DNA from: an uncultured Candidatus Entotheonella sp.
GTDB taxonomy: Bacteria > Tectomicrobia > Entotheonellia > Entotheonellales > Entotheonellaceae
Direction: 5' to 3'
DNA: 64,000 nucleotides
Assembly (NCBI GenBank): GCA_965215335.1
Contig: CBDCDA010000002.1
Coordinates: 960,001-1,024,000, forward strand
The translations under genes were made by a program, and so were the position numbers. Under the pieces are notes generated by a model. It did not search any database, had not been told where the DNA came from, and saw nothing but the letters and a program-made list of their open reading frames with translations. How positions within the stretch are numbered: the first letter of the stretch is position 1; the number at the start of each line of letters is the position of its first letter. Positions 8,700-18,516 of this stretch are shown in pieces.

Positions 8700-9623
8700 T
8701 CACGCCTCAGCTTCAGCCAATTCGGCCGCCGCCTCGACTGCCTCGACGCCGGAGCTACCCGTGATGTAGTCCGCCGCCTTCTGGGCCTGAGCCCCGGCGA
8801 CGACCAGCGCCTTTGGGTCTTCTTTCAAGAAGTTCAGCCAGTGCTCGATGTACCCGACCGAATTGCGAAGGGTCGGGTCGCTGATGCCGGCGATCGCGCA
8901 CAGAAACGCGGCGCCCATTTCAGCGACCAATTCTTCCCGCGAATACGTCGGGCTTCCAAACGGCGCAGCCTCGTAGACCGTTGCCCTGTCCAGCCGCTTC
9001 GGGTGCCCGGTGCTATGGACGAGTTCATGGAACAACGTCGCATAGTGTTCCTCCGACGAAACAAAGCTGTGCCTCGGCGGTAGCTGCACCTTGTCTGCCA
9101 CGCTGGAGTAGCAAGCCTCCGAGCCCCCGTAATGAATCGCCGGCGGCTCAGGCATCTTCGCCACGATTTCCTTACAGGCCCCGATAGGCTCCACGTGCTC
9201 GCCTTCGGAACCTCGATGCTTCTCCCGAAACTTCTCGATCCCAGGACCCTCGCATTGCTCGAGATTGATCACCCGGTAGACTCGCATGATGAGCCGCGTC
9301 TTGCGCTTTGGTGTCGCTTCTTCTTCCTCGCCGTCAAGGTCTGCCACCTTCGGTCGCCAAGGCTTCCAAAAATGAATCCAGCTGACGCGCTGACCCTTGC
9401 GGATGTGCGCATCGAGGGAATTGACCTGACGAGGCGTGAACCAGTACGGCGATGCGTATCCTGCAAGACTCAACAGAAACACGTTCAACCCCCTGTAGAA
9501 ACGACCGCTGATTCCGTTCCGCGGCGCCCCGACTTTCGGGTCCCAGGGCTGCTGCCACGGAATCACCCCTTGCTTCAACAACGTCTCCACCTGCTCGAAA
9601 ATCCTGCCGTATATCGTGTTCAT
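8700..9623 (-). CDS. ardC: ArdC-family antirestriction ssDNA-binding protein with zincin-like domain
   Basis: Motifs IPWQQPW, YRGLNVFLL, HIRKG, TLFHELVHSTGH, YSREELVAEMGAAFL and AQAQKAADYI. Confidence 0.92.
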   Translation of the reverse strand: MNTIYGRIFEQVETLLKQGVIPWQQPWDPKVGAPRNGISGRFYRGLNVFLLSLAGYASPYWFTPRQVNSLDAHIRKGQRVSWIHFWKPWRPKVADLDGEEEEATPKRKTRLIMRVYRVINLEQCEGPGIEKFREKHRGSEGEHVEPIGACKEIVAKMPEPPAIHYGGSEACYSSVADKVQLPPRHSFVSSEEHYATLFHELVHSTGHPKRLDRATVYEAAPFGSPTYSREELVAEMGAAFLCAIAGISDPTLRNSVGYIEHWLNFLKEDPKALVVAGAQAQKAADYITGSSGVEAVEAAAELAEAEA

Positions 9624-9702
9624 GGTCTGCCCTTTCAGCAGAGCAGACCGGCAGGCTCACCGCCCCGGTCCACTCTGCGAAGTGGACAGGGCTGGTTGCC
9701 CC
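9624..9702 (-). repeat. Conserved upstream double-hairpin repeat, copy D (heads ardC)
   Basis: GGTCTGCTC...GGGCAGACC then ATG; compensatory changes relative to copy C. Confidence 0.88.
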
Positions 9703-9868
9703 GTTCGCTTACCTGGTAAGGATCAGATCATCAACGCGCTTTTCCAGGCTCTGGAATCGCGCGTTGGCACGCTCCGGTCACCGGGTCGAAACGATCATCC
9801 AGACGCCTCGCGTACGCATCGAACCGACCTCTTCTCACGTGGTCTTTTCAGCCACGTCCTCTCTCTCC

Positions 9869-10816
9869 CTACGCGGCCTGCTTCGCATCCGTCGGGCTCG
9901 ATGCGCGCGCTTGCGCGTTCATCACCTCGTCAGCCGACGCGACCCCGCCGATGAGACCGATGCCGAGATTCCCCAACGCCCGCCCGACGGCGGACGTTTC
10001 CGCCACTTCATACGGATTGGTGGCGGTCGGGCCGGAAGTGCCCTGGATGACCTCGGCGGTCCCGCTGGCGCTGCACGCGCCGACCTTCACGGTGGCCCGG
10101 CACAACGTCCGCTCACCGAGCGCGAAAAACTCGGTGCTGATCTCCTTCGGTCGCCGCTTCGCCCGCAACAACACCAGGCGACCGGCCACCGTCAGGTAAG
10201 GATTCCGAAGCGACACGAACACGTCGTCCTTACCCTGTACCTTCTGGCTGCGGCTCAGCAGGACGATGAAGCCCCACACCTCCGCAGGCAACGAGTCGTA
10301 GGCGCCCTTGCATTTGGCTTCCGCCTCCCGGTGAAGCCCGTCAATGGCCTCCTTTTCGGCATTGTTCACCTGCCGCCGCCCACCCTTCACCCAGAACCGC
10401 GGCTCGGGACAGACATACGGCGAGTTCGGCCTTTCGCCTTCGTTGCCGCCAGAACCAGGCGGCACGAGTTCCGCTTCGTTCGACGCCGTCGTCGTTGATC
10501 CCGACTTGTTCGGATCGACATGCTCACCGATCTGCCGCAGCAGATAGACCGCCAGGCGGTGCTTGCACATCCCCCGCGGCGCGTTGCCCCGCATGAAATC
10601 CTCGCAGGAGCATCCATGGAGCGTGACTTCATAAGGCACGTCCGTACCGTTATCGACAGCAGCGAGTTCGTCTCCGCGAAGCCTCGCGCTACCTGCCCGG
10701 ACAATCCCGACAGCCCGTTGAATGCGGGCGTTGAGTTCCTGATACTTCGTCGCCAGCCGGTCGGCAAGAGACCACAGGTAATCGACTTGCTCACCGGACA
10801 GTTCCGTTGTTTTCAT
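9869..10816 (-). CDS. SWIM zinc finger fused to a Rad52/Sak-like single-strand annealing domain
   Basis: CSCEDF...CKH SWIM motif; C-terminal EVAETSAVGRALGNLGIG. Confidence 0.65.
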   Translation of the reverse strand: MKTTELSGEQVDYLWSLADRLATKYQELNARIQRAVGIVRAGSARLRGDELAAVDNGTDVPYEVTLHGCSCEDFMRGNAPRGMCKHRLAVYLLRQIGEHVDPNKSGSTTTASNEAELVPPGSGGNEGERPNSPYVCPEPRFWVKGGRRQVNNAEKEAIDGLHREAEAKCKGAYDSLPAEVWGFIVLLSRSQKVQGKDDVFVSLRNPYLTVAGRLVLLRAKRRPKEISTEFFALGERTLCRATVKVGACSASGTAEVIQGTSGPTATNPYEVAETSAVGRALGNLGIGLIGGVASADEVMNAQARASSPTDAKQAA

Positions 10817-10845
10817 CGCGTTTTCCTCATCAATCAAAGGGCCTG

Positions 10846-10882
10846 AAAAAAGAAAAAGCCCCGGCACGACTGTGTCAGGGCT
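10846..10882 (-). terminator. Intrinsic terminator or attenuator between ssb and the SWIM gene
   Basis: Minus strand reads AGCCCTGACAC-AGTC-GTGCCGGGGCT-TTTTCTTTTTT. Confidence 0.75.
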
Positions 10883-10933
10883 CTCACAGGACTCCGAGGG
10901 CAAGCCAAAGGCGAGCCCTCTGATCTCCAGGTC

Positions 10934-11347
10934 TCAGAACGGCAAATCCGAGTCGTCCGGGAGGGTCCCGTCGAACTCGCCGGCGTCGTTGCCGTCGCCA
11001 TGACCGTTGCCATTCTTGCTGCCGCGCGGCATGAAATTCACCCGCTCGGCGATCACGTCCACCTTGGAACGCTTTTGACCTCCTTCGGTTTCCCAGGTGT
11101 TGTACCGCAGCCGCCCCTCGATCACGACCTTGCGGCCCTGCTCCAGGTACTTCGCCACGGCTTCCGCGCCCGGCCCGAAACTGGTCACGTCCACAAAGCA
11201 AACGTCTTCTTTCACCTCGTCTGCCTGGCGATACCGGCGATTGCTCGCCAGTCCGAAAGAAGCCACGGCCACGCCCTTCGGCGTATAGCGCAGCTCAGGG
11301 GTACGAGTGAGATTGCCAGTCATCACGACGACGTTGGTGTCCGACAT
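10934..11347 (-). CDS. ssb: Single-stranded DNA-binding protein
   Basis: Motifs GNLTRTPELRYT and IEGRL; acidic tail DDSDLPF. Confidence 0.96.
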   Translation of the reverse strand: MSDTNVVVMTGNLTRTPELRYTPKGVAVASFGLASNRRYRQADEVKEDVCFVDVTSFGPGAEAVAKYLEQGRKVVIEGRLRYNTWETEGGQKRSKVDVIAERVNFMPRGSKNGNGHGDGNDAGEFDGTLPDDSDLPF

Positions 11348-11792
11348 GGTGGTTCTCCTTCAGCTTTTGGGCGCACGGGTGGCGCCGATGGATTGGCCGC
11401 GGCATGCAGCCAGGGATTGCCCACTCAAGAGCAACGCGCACTTCTGCGGATTGAACGGCCACGGGATGCAGCCGACGAGATGGCCACGGGAGTAGCCAAG
11501 GAGGTGCCTTGCGGCGAGTTCTCGAAGGTCTTGTTGACCGCGAAGGAATCACGGTCGTGTCCAGTGAAGCCGGCAAAACTGGACGATCAGGGATCAGGAC
11601 CGGCTTTTTGCAGGAGAGAACCCCGCGAAACTCCTGGATCAGGGGATCAGGACGGGGTTTTTACCTACCAATGCGACTTACCTACATCAACTCGGAAACA
11701 AATACAACAAAAAAAGGCCGGCCCCCCAAGGCGAGCGACAGGAGCGTTGCTTCCCCGTGGCGTCACCAACCCGGTGATTCATTGGACGCACC

Positions 11793-12641
11793 TCATGCCG
11801 GTGCCCCGGATCGGACGGCCTCCACCCCAGCCATGGCGCGGGCGTACCCGGCCCGCCAATGACGACCATAGCCGGCGTCGTCGTTTGGGTCCAAGGTCGT
11901 GAACATCCTTTCGGCGTGCTCGAAGCTCTGCCGCCAAGTCGGGCAGAGACCGGCGCCGAACCAGCCGCAGGCGAGCAGATCGAGCGTTTCCTCGTCGCTC
12001 AACTTCCCGATCAGGTTGGCCAGACGCCGCCGGGCGGGCGTATCCAGGAGTAGCTCCAAGTTCTCGTCGAACGTCGTGACAGGTATCCTTGCAGTCCCAA
12101 CGGGCAGAGATTCGACAACTGACCGCTCTGTTTGGGCACAAAGCTCGTAGGCGGCGGCAAGGGCATCGATCTTGTCCTGCTCGATGACCGGCGCCGTGCC
12201 CATCGTTTCGATCCACGCGGCGATGCCGGGCGTACCGAGATAATGCACACGGGTCTTCGGATAGCGGCCGGCAACCTTGCCGGCAAAGCGCTTGTCGGCG
12301 GTGAGCAAGTCGGAGAGCGCGGTTTCGGCGCATGCGAGATAGAGACAATCGTAAATCGGATGGTCGATCTCGAAGGCCATCCGTGTGGCGCGCTCGATGA
12401 GGTCACGGTCGGGAAAAAGCGTCAGGATATCGGGCAGATTGGCAAGTTCTTCGCGGTACGGCTGCGCGTCGGTGATTTCCCCTCGTCGTGCCTTTTTCCA
12501 GATGGTGTTGGCGCATTCGGCAAGCAGGAGGTCGGGGGCAAACCGCTGGATACGGCGGGTGAGCACGGTGCGCGCTTCATCACACAGCGGCTCGGCCACG
12601 AACCACTTGACGGCGATGCTGGCATCGACGGTCAGTTTCAC
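11793..12641 (-). CDS. VapC/PIN toxin with a C-terminal extension (DUF3775-like)
   Basis: VDASIAVKW, IYDCLYLA and LLTADKRF, followed by about 140 extra residues. Confidence 0.8.
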   Translation of the reverse strand: MKLTVDASIAVKWFVAEPLCDEARTVLTRRIQRFAPDLLLAECANTIWKKARRGEITDAQPYREELANLPDILTLFPDRDLIERATRMAFEIDHPIYDCLYLACAETALSDLLTADKRFAGKVAGRYPKTRVHYLGTPGIAAWIETMGTAPVIEQDKIDALAAAYELCAQTERSVVESLPVGTARIPVTTFDENLELLLDTPARRRLANLIGKLSDEETLDLLACGWFGAGLCPTWRQSFEHAERMFTTLDPNDDAGYGRHWRAGYARAMAGVEAVRSGAPA

Positions 12642-12874
12642 CGCTCCCGGTCCTCGCGCAGCGACTCGACGCTGTCGGTCTGGACCGTGCCAGCCGTCAG
12701 CGAGACGAGTTGCCGCGTCCGCTCGCGGAAGTCCGCGAGGCGGCCCGGGCGACTCACCTGCCGGGTCAGCAAGTGACGGATCTCGCCTTCGAGGGACCGC
12801 TGGTTCGCTTTTGCCTGTACCTTCAGTTGCTCGATGACGCGGTCATCGACGTTGCGGATGGTCAAATTGCCCAT
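12638..12874 (-). CDS. FitA-like ribbon-helix-helix antitoxin
   Basis: LTIRNVDD...RSLEGEIRHLL; overlaps the PIN gene start. Confidence 0.85.
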   Translation of the reverse strand: MGNLTIRNVDDRVIEQLKVQAKANQRSLEGEIRHLLTRQVSRPGRLADFRERTRQLVSLTAGTVQTDSVESLREDRER

Positions 12875-12941
12875 GGCATTTCCTCCCTGATGGTATCCAT
12901 GATCTGGATGCTAGCAAGATGCAAGCGAATCTGCAAGCAGG

Positions 12942-13116
12942 TTTGGATGAGGTGCCAGGCGCGTCGTGCTCCCTGACGGTCGCACCACGCTTGCGCCACG
13001 ACCCGTCCCGCTCCTTCAACCCGGCCTTCGCGTCGCCCTCCCTGGCGGTCGGGCCACGCTCGACCCCAAACACCCGCGTCAACCACCAAGACTTCTCGGA
13101 TTACCTGCTTCAGCCC
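12942..13116 (+). repeat. ~175-bp dispersed repeat, copy 1 (upstream of the type III RM locus)
   Basis: Closely matches the reverse complement of 36425-36600. Confidence 0.9.
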
Positions 13117-13314
13117 GACAAGGCCAAGCCCTGCGGGTCTTCGCCGTAGGTAATCCGGTCATGCCCGGGTACTACCCGGGGCCGAAGCGCCTGTATGACT
13201 TCGACACGCTCAGCGAGCAGTTCGAGCCCAAGCTCAACCGCATGTATGTTACCATCCACGCGCATCTCCGCCCGATAGTTGCACGCAGTACCGACAAGAC
13301 GGGAGACCCCGCCA

Positions 13315-15308
13315 TTGAACGAGCAGTTCTTCAACCAGCCCATCCTCAATTCTCCGTACGAGCGCCCGAGCCGGCATTGGGAACTCGACGATGCCGGACA
13401 GCCGACCCAGAAGATCATCGAAGAACGCCGGCCAGCCAGATTCATCACCGCCGTCCCGAGCGCCAGGAGACTTCGTGGCCCGGCGGCGGGAAACCAGACG
13501 TCCATGGTCTTCGACGCCGCCGCAAGAGGCATCGGGACCGACGACCAACGGTACGACCTGCCCGCTCAGCCTGCCGTCCATGCTGGAAACGGCGCTGAAA
13601 GCCCTGTACGGCCATTACGAGAAGATATTCGGGCTGTGGCGGCAAGCCGGCATCGAGACGCCGCCCTGCTTCATCGTCGTCTGTAACAACACCGCCACCT
13701 CCAAGCTGGTGTACGACTACGTTTCGGGCTTCCGGCGCGACAACCCCGACGGCTCCAGGACCCTGGTGAACGGCCGCCTGGCGCTGTTCCGCAACCACGA
13801 CGAGGCCGGCGCCCCGCTCGGCCGCCCGCGCACGCTGCTCATCGACAGCAAGCAGCTCGAATCCGGGGAGGGGCTGGACAGGAACTTCCGCAACCTGGCC
13901 GCCGACGAGATCGAGCGCTTCCGCCACGAGATCGTCGCCCGCACCGGCGACCGCCGGCAGGCCGAGAACCTCTCGGACCACGACCTGCTGCGCGAGGCCA
14001 TGAATACCGTGGGCAAGGCCGGACGGCTCGGCGGCCAGGTCCGCTGCGTCGTCTCCGTCTCCATGCTGACCGAGGGCTGGGACGCCAGCACCGTCACGCA
14101 CGTCCTCGGCGTCCGTGCCTTCGACACGCAACTCCTGTGCGAGCAGGTCGTCGGCAGGGCGCTGCGCCGGCAGTCCTACGACGTCGGGGGAAAACGGCCT
14201 CCTCGACGTCGAGTACGCGGACGTCCTCGGCGTCCCGTTCGACTTCACGGCCAGGCCGGTCGTCGCCCCGCCCCGGCCGCCGCGCGAGACCGTCCAGGTC
14301 AGGGCCATCCACCCCGAACGAGACCACCTCGAAATCCGCTTTCCCAGGGTCGCCGGATACCGGGTGGAACTGCCGGACGAACGGCTGCAAGCCACCTTCA
14401 GCGAGGACTCGATCCTGGAACTGACGCCGGAGCTCACGGGACCGACGCAAACGCGCAACGAGGGGATCATCGGCGCGGGCATCGACCTCGACCTGGTCCA
14501 TACCGGCGCCCTGCGGCGCGCGACCCTGCTCTACAACCTGACGCAGCGGCTGCTCTACACCAGGTGGCGCGACCCGGACGAGGAACCCGAGCTGCACCTG
14601 TTCGGCCAGCTCAAGCGCATCACCCGCAAATGGCTCGATACCTGCCTCGTCTGCAAGGGCAACACCTGCCCGGCCCAACTCATGTACCGGGACCTGGCCG
14701 ACCTGGCCTGCGAGCGCATCACCGCGGCGATCACGCGCGCGGAAATCGGCAGCCGGCCAGTCAAGGCCGTGCTCGCTCCCTATAACCCCGTCGGCTCCAC
14801 CCTGCACGTCAACTTCAACACGGCCAAGACGCTCCGCTACAGGACGGCTCCCCGGCGTTGCCACGTCAACTGGGCGATCCTCGACAGCGCGTGGGAAGCA
14901 GAATTCTGCCGCGTCGTCGAAGCGCACCGCGCCGTGCGCGCCTACGTCAAGAACCAGGGCCTCGGCCTGGAAGTCCCCTACCGAAGCGGCTCCACGGCCC
15001 GGACCTATGTCCCCGATTTCATCGTGGTCCTGGACGACGGCTGCGGCGAGGCGCTGAACCTGATCGTCGAGATCAAGGGCTACCGGGGAGAGGACGCAAA
15101 AGACAAGAAGGAGACGATGGAGACCTGCTGGGTGCCCGGCGTGAACAACCTCCACGCCTACGGCCGTTGGGCCTTCGCCGAGTTCACGGACGTGTATGAC
15201 ATGCAATCCGATTTCGAGGCCAGAGTGGAGTTCGAGTTCAATCGTTTGACAAAGCAGTCCCAGCCAGCGGATATTGATGAATCGGAATTGCAGGTCCGCA
15301 GGGAGTAG
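13315..15308 (+). pseudogene. res: Type III restriction subunit with an internal deletion near 13560 and a frameshift near 14190
   Basis: N-terminus PILNSPYERPSRHWEL jumps to the helicase C-half (MLTEGWD, QVVGRALRR); nuclease motif YVPDFIV...VEIKG; Walker A and DEAH absent. Confidence 0.85.
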
Positions 15309-15316
15309 CTGATCCC

Positions 15317-18103
15317 ATGGCACGAACATCCAGAAAGACCAAGACCATTGCCACCCTCACGCACGGCGAAGCGTCGCGCAAGAACATCCCCACCGCCGAA
15401 TACCAGGCGGTGATGGCAGAGGACGACCGCAGTCCCATCCAGGTCGCCTGCGAACGGCGCAACCGCGACCTCGACCCGCAACTCGTCTGGCGCGGCAAGG
15501 ATGAACAGGACTCGTCGGCCTTGACCATTCAGGCGCCACCGCTGTTCATCCAGGAAAAGGTGCACCCCAAGGTGCTGATCGACGACCTGTCCCGGCGCAC
15601 CAGGGCGGGCGAGAAAGCGAGCGAGAGGCAGCCCGACCTGTTCGCCGATTTCAACGGGTTGCCGGACGCCGACGCCCGCACCGAGTTCTACCAGCACGAC
15701 GCCAACTGGTCGAACCGCATGATCCTCGGCGACAGCCTGCAGGTGATGGCGTCGCTGGCCGAGCGCGAGGGGCTGCGCGGCCAGGTGCAGTGCATCTACC
15801 TCGACCCGCCCTACGGCATCAGGTTCAACTCCAACTTCCAGTGGTCCACCACCAGCCGCGCCGTGAAGGACGGCAACGCCGCCCACGTCACCCGCGAACC
15901 GGAGCAGGTGAAGGCGTTCCGGGATACGTGGCGGGACGGGATTCACTCGTACCTGACGTACCTGCGGGATCGGCTGACGGTAGCGCGGGACTTGCTGGCG
16001 GAAAGCGGCAGCATCTTCGTGCAGATCGGGGATGAGAACGTGCACCGGGTGCGGGCGCTGATGGATGAGGTGTTCGGGGAGAGGAATTTCGTGGTAACGA
16101 TCAAGTTTTCCAAGACGGCCGGACTCGGCGGGAAATACCTGGACGAAACATTTGATTACCTGTTGTGGTATGCGAAGAGCCGCGACTCCGCCAAATTTCG
16201 TCGTCCTTACCTGATGCGGGTCCCCGGTGAAGTTGGTGCGAAACAGTATCGATTTCTCATGAACAATGCTGGACACTTCAAAGAAGCTGACGCCAACAAT
16301 TTGGATTTGCAGGATTACCGTCTTTTCTCGCACGACAATTTTACATCTCAGACAGCAAGCGAAACGACCGTCTTTGACTTCTCAGTAAATGGATTCACCA
16401 TTCGTTCGCCTCGTAAGGGCGGCTGGAAGTCCAATGCGGCTGGAGTCGAAAGATTAAAAAAAGCAGGGCGTGTCATTAGGATAGGCGAGACACCCCGATA
16501 TGTTCGGTACTTCAATGATTCTCCATACTTTCCTGTTGGTTCGGCGTGGCTCGACACAGCCATAAGCGGGTTTGCAGAGGACAAGGTCTATGTTGTGCAG
16601 ACGCTGTCGAAAGTCATCCAACGCTGCCTCCTCATGACCACCGACCCCGGCGACCTCGTCCTCGACCCCACCTGTGGCTCCGGCACCACCGCCTACGTCG
16701 CCGAGCAGTGGGGCCGCCGCTGGATCACCATCGACACCTCCCGTGTCGCCCTCGCCTTGGCCCGCGCCCGCATCATGGGCGCCCGCTATCCCTGGTATCT
16801 GCTCGCCGACAGCCGCGACGGGCAACTGAAAGAAGCCGAAATCACCCGCAAGGCGCCCGCCGACGCGCCCACCCACAACGACCTCCGCCAGGGATTCGTG
16901 TACCAGCGCGTGCCGCACGTCACCCTCAAGTCCATCGCCAACAACGCCGAGATCGACGTCATCTGGGAGAAGTTCCAGGAGACGCTGGAACCACTGCGCG
17001 AGCAACTGAACGGCGCGCTCGGAACGGCCTGGGAAGAGTGGGAAATCCCCCGCGAAGCCGGCGCCTGGCCCGAGGCGGGCCGCAAGCTGCACGCCGATTG
17101 GTGGAAACAGCGCATCGACCGGCAGAAGGAAATCGACGCCTCCATCGCCGCCAGGGCGGACTACGAGTACCTCTACGACAAGCCCTGCGAGGACAGCAAG
17201 AAGGTCCGCGTCGCCGGGCCGTTCACCGTCGACAGCCTGTCGCCGCACCGCCTGCTGGGAGTGGACGAGAACGACGATCTCATCGACAACGTCGCCGAAG
17301 GAAAGCTCGGCTACGGCGACAGGCAGGACTTCGCCGGCATGATCCTGAAGCACCTCGAAACCTCCGGCGTCCAGCAGGCGCACAAGCAGGACCGCATCGC
17401 GTTCGCCTCGCTCACGCCCTGGCCAGGCAATCTCGTCTGCGCCGAGGGAACCTATAGTGAAGGTGACACCGATTCCGGCGCGGAGAAACGCGCCGGAATC
17501 TTCATCGGCCCGGAGTTCGGCACCGTCTCCCGCCCCGACCTCGTGACAGCGGTGCGCGAGGCCGCCGACGCCGGCTTCGACGCGCTGGTCGCCTGCGCCT
17601 TCAACTACGACGCGCACGCCTCGGAGTTCAACAAGCTCGGCCGCGTCCCCGTCCTCAAGGCGCGCATGAACGCCGACCTGCACATGGCCGGCGACCTCAA
17701 GAACACCGGCAAGGGCAACCTGTTCGTCGTCTTCGGCGAGCCGGACATCGACGTCCGGGAGACCGGAGACGGCTGCATGCGAGTCAAGATCAACGGCGTG
17801 GACGTGTTCCACCCCGCCACCGGCGAAATCCGCAGCGACGACGCCGACGGCATCGCCTGCTGGTTCGTGGACACCGACTACGACGAGGAGAGCTTCTTCG
17901 TCCGCCACGCCTACTTTCTCGGCGCCAACGATCCGTACAAGGCGCTCAAGACCACCCTGAAAGCCGAAATCGACGAAGACGCCTGGGCGACGCTGCACAG
18001 CGACACGTCGCGACCGTTCGCCAAGCCTGCATCCGGGCGTATCGCCGTGAAGGTCATCAACCATTTGGGGGACGAGGTGATGAAGGTATTTCGGGTAAGC
18101 TGA
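15317..18103 (+). CDS. mod: Type III RM adenine methyltransferase, copy 1
   Basis: DPPY and DPTCGSGTT motifs; AT-richer target recognition domain at about 16085-16600. Confidence 0.92.
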   Translation: MARTSRKTKTIATLTHGEASRKNIPTAEYQAVMAEDDRSPIQVACERRNRDLDPQLVWRGKDEQDSSALTIQAPPLFIQEKVHPKVLIDDLSRRTRAGEKASERQPDLFADFNGLPDADARTEFYQHDANWSNRMILGDSLQVMASLAEREGLRGQVQCIYLDPPYGIRFNSNFQWSTTSRAVKDGNAAHVTREPEQVKAFRDTWRDGIHSYLTYLRDRLTVARDLLAESGSIFVQIGDENVHRVRALMDEVFGERNFVVTIKFSKTAGLGGKYLDETFDYLLWYAKSRDSAKFRRPYLMRVPGEVGAKQYRFLMNNAGHFKEADANNLDLQDYRLFSHDNFTSQTASETTVFDFSVNGFTIRSPRKGGWKSNAAGVERLKKAGRVIRIGETPRYVRYFNDSPYFPVGSAWLDTAISGFAEDKVYVVQTLSKVIQRCLLMTTDPGDLVLDPTCGSGTTAYVAEQWGRRWITIDTSRVALALARARIMGARYPWYLLADSRDGQLKEAEITRKAPADAPTHNDLRQGFVYQRVPHVTLKSIANNAEIDVIWEKFQETLEPLREQLNGALGTAWEEWEIPREAGAWPEAGRKLHADWWKQRIDRQKEIDASIAARADYEYLYDKPCEDSKKVRVAGPFTVDSLSPHRLLGVDENDDLIDNVAEGKLGYGDRQDFAGMILKHLETSGVQQAHKQDRIAFASLTPWPGNLVCAEGTYSEGDTDSGAEKRAGIFIGPEFGTVSRPDLVTAVREAADAGFDALVACAFNYDAHASEFNKLGRVPVLKARMNADLHMAGDLKNTGKGNLFVVFGEPDIDVRETGDGCMRVKINGVDVFHPATGEIRSDDADGIACWFVDTDYDEESFFVRHAYFLGANDPYKALKTTLKAEIDEDAWATLHSDTSRPFAKPASGRIAVKVINHLGDEVMKVFRVS

Positions 18104-18240
18104 AATATCCGTGGCAGGCGCTCATGTCGCCCAGATCGCTTCTCCATCCACTCTGCCCGCTATAATTTTGTCGTGTGCAGTGGGCGATGATGAAATGTTT
18201 GCCAAAGCCCTGGCGGACGAGATTGGAGAAAGGAGAAACC

Positions 18241-18516
18241 ATGGAGGTACGACAGCCGCGTTACAGCAAAGAGGAGTTCGCCCGGCGCGGTCAGGCGATC
18301 TACGAGGAACAAGTGAGGCCGCAGGTAGAAGAAGGCAATACCGGCAGGGTTGTGGCGATCGACGTCGAGACCGGGGAGTTTGAAGTAGCGGACGACCCGA
18401 TTACTGCCTCCGACCATCTCTTTGCGCGTTGTCCGGATGCACAGCCGTGGTTGGTCCGTATCGGACACCGGGCGTTACACCGGTTCGGAGTTGCATATGC
18501 CAGTGGCTTGACGTGA
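18241..18516 (+). CDS. Small conserved partner protein of the aspartic protease
   Basis: RBS AAAGGAG; VVAIDVETGEFEV motif; GTGA overlap with the next gene. Confidence 0.75.
   Translation: MEVRQPRYSKEEFARRGQAIYEEQVRPQVEEGNTGRVVAIDVETGEFEVADDPITASDHLFARCPDAQPWLVRIGHRALHRFGVAYASGLT

Noticed and set aside
6849..9702. The four repeats as a CRISPR array or classical integron attC sites
   Set aside because: Spacing is gene-sized, I see no RYYYAAC/GTTRRRY ends, and the recombinase does not look like IntI. Kept only as a novel-type hypothesis.
9709..9856. Possible small coiled-coil gene upstream of repeat D (ARFQSLEKRVDDLILTR*)
   Set aside because: The frame is broken by stops and frameshifts, so it cannot be delimited reliably.
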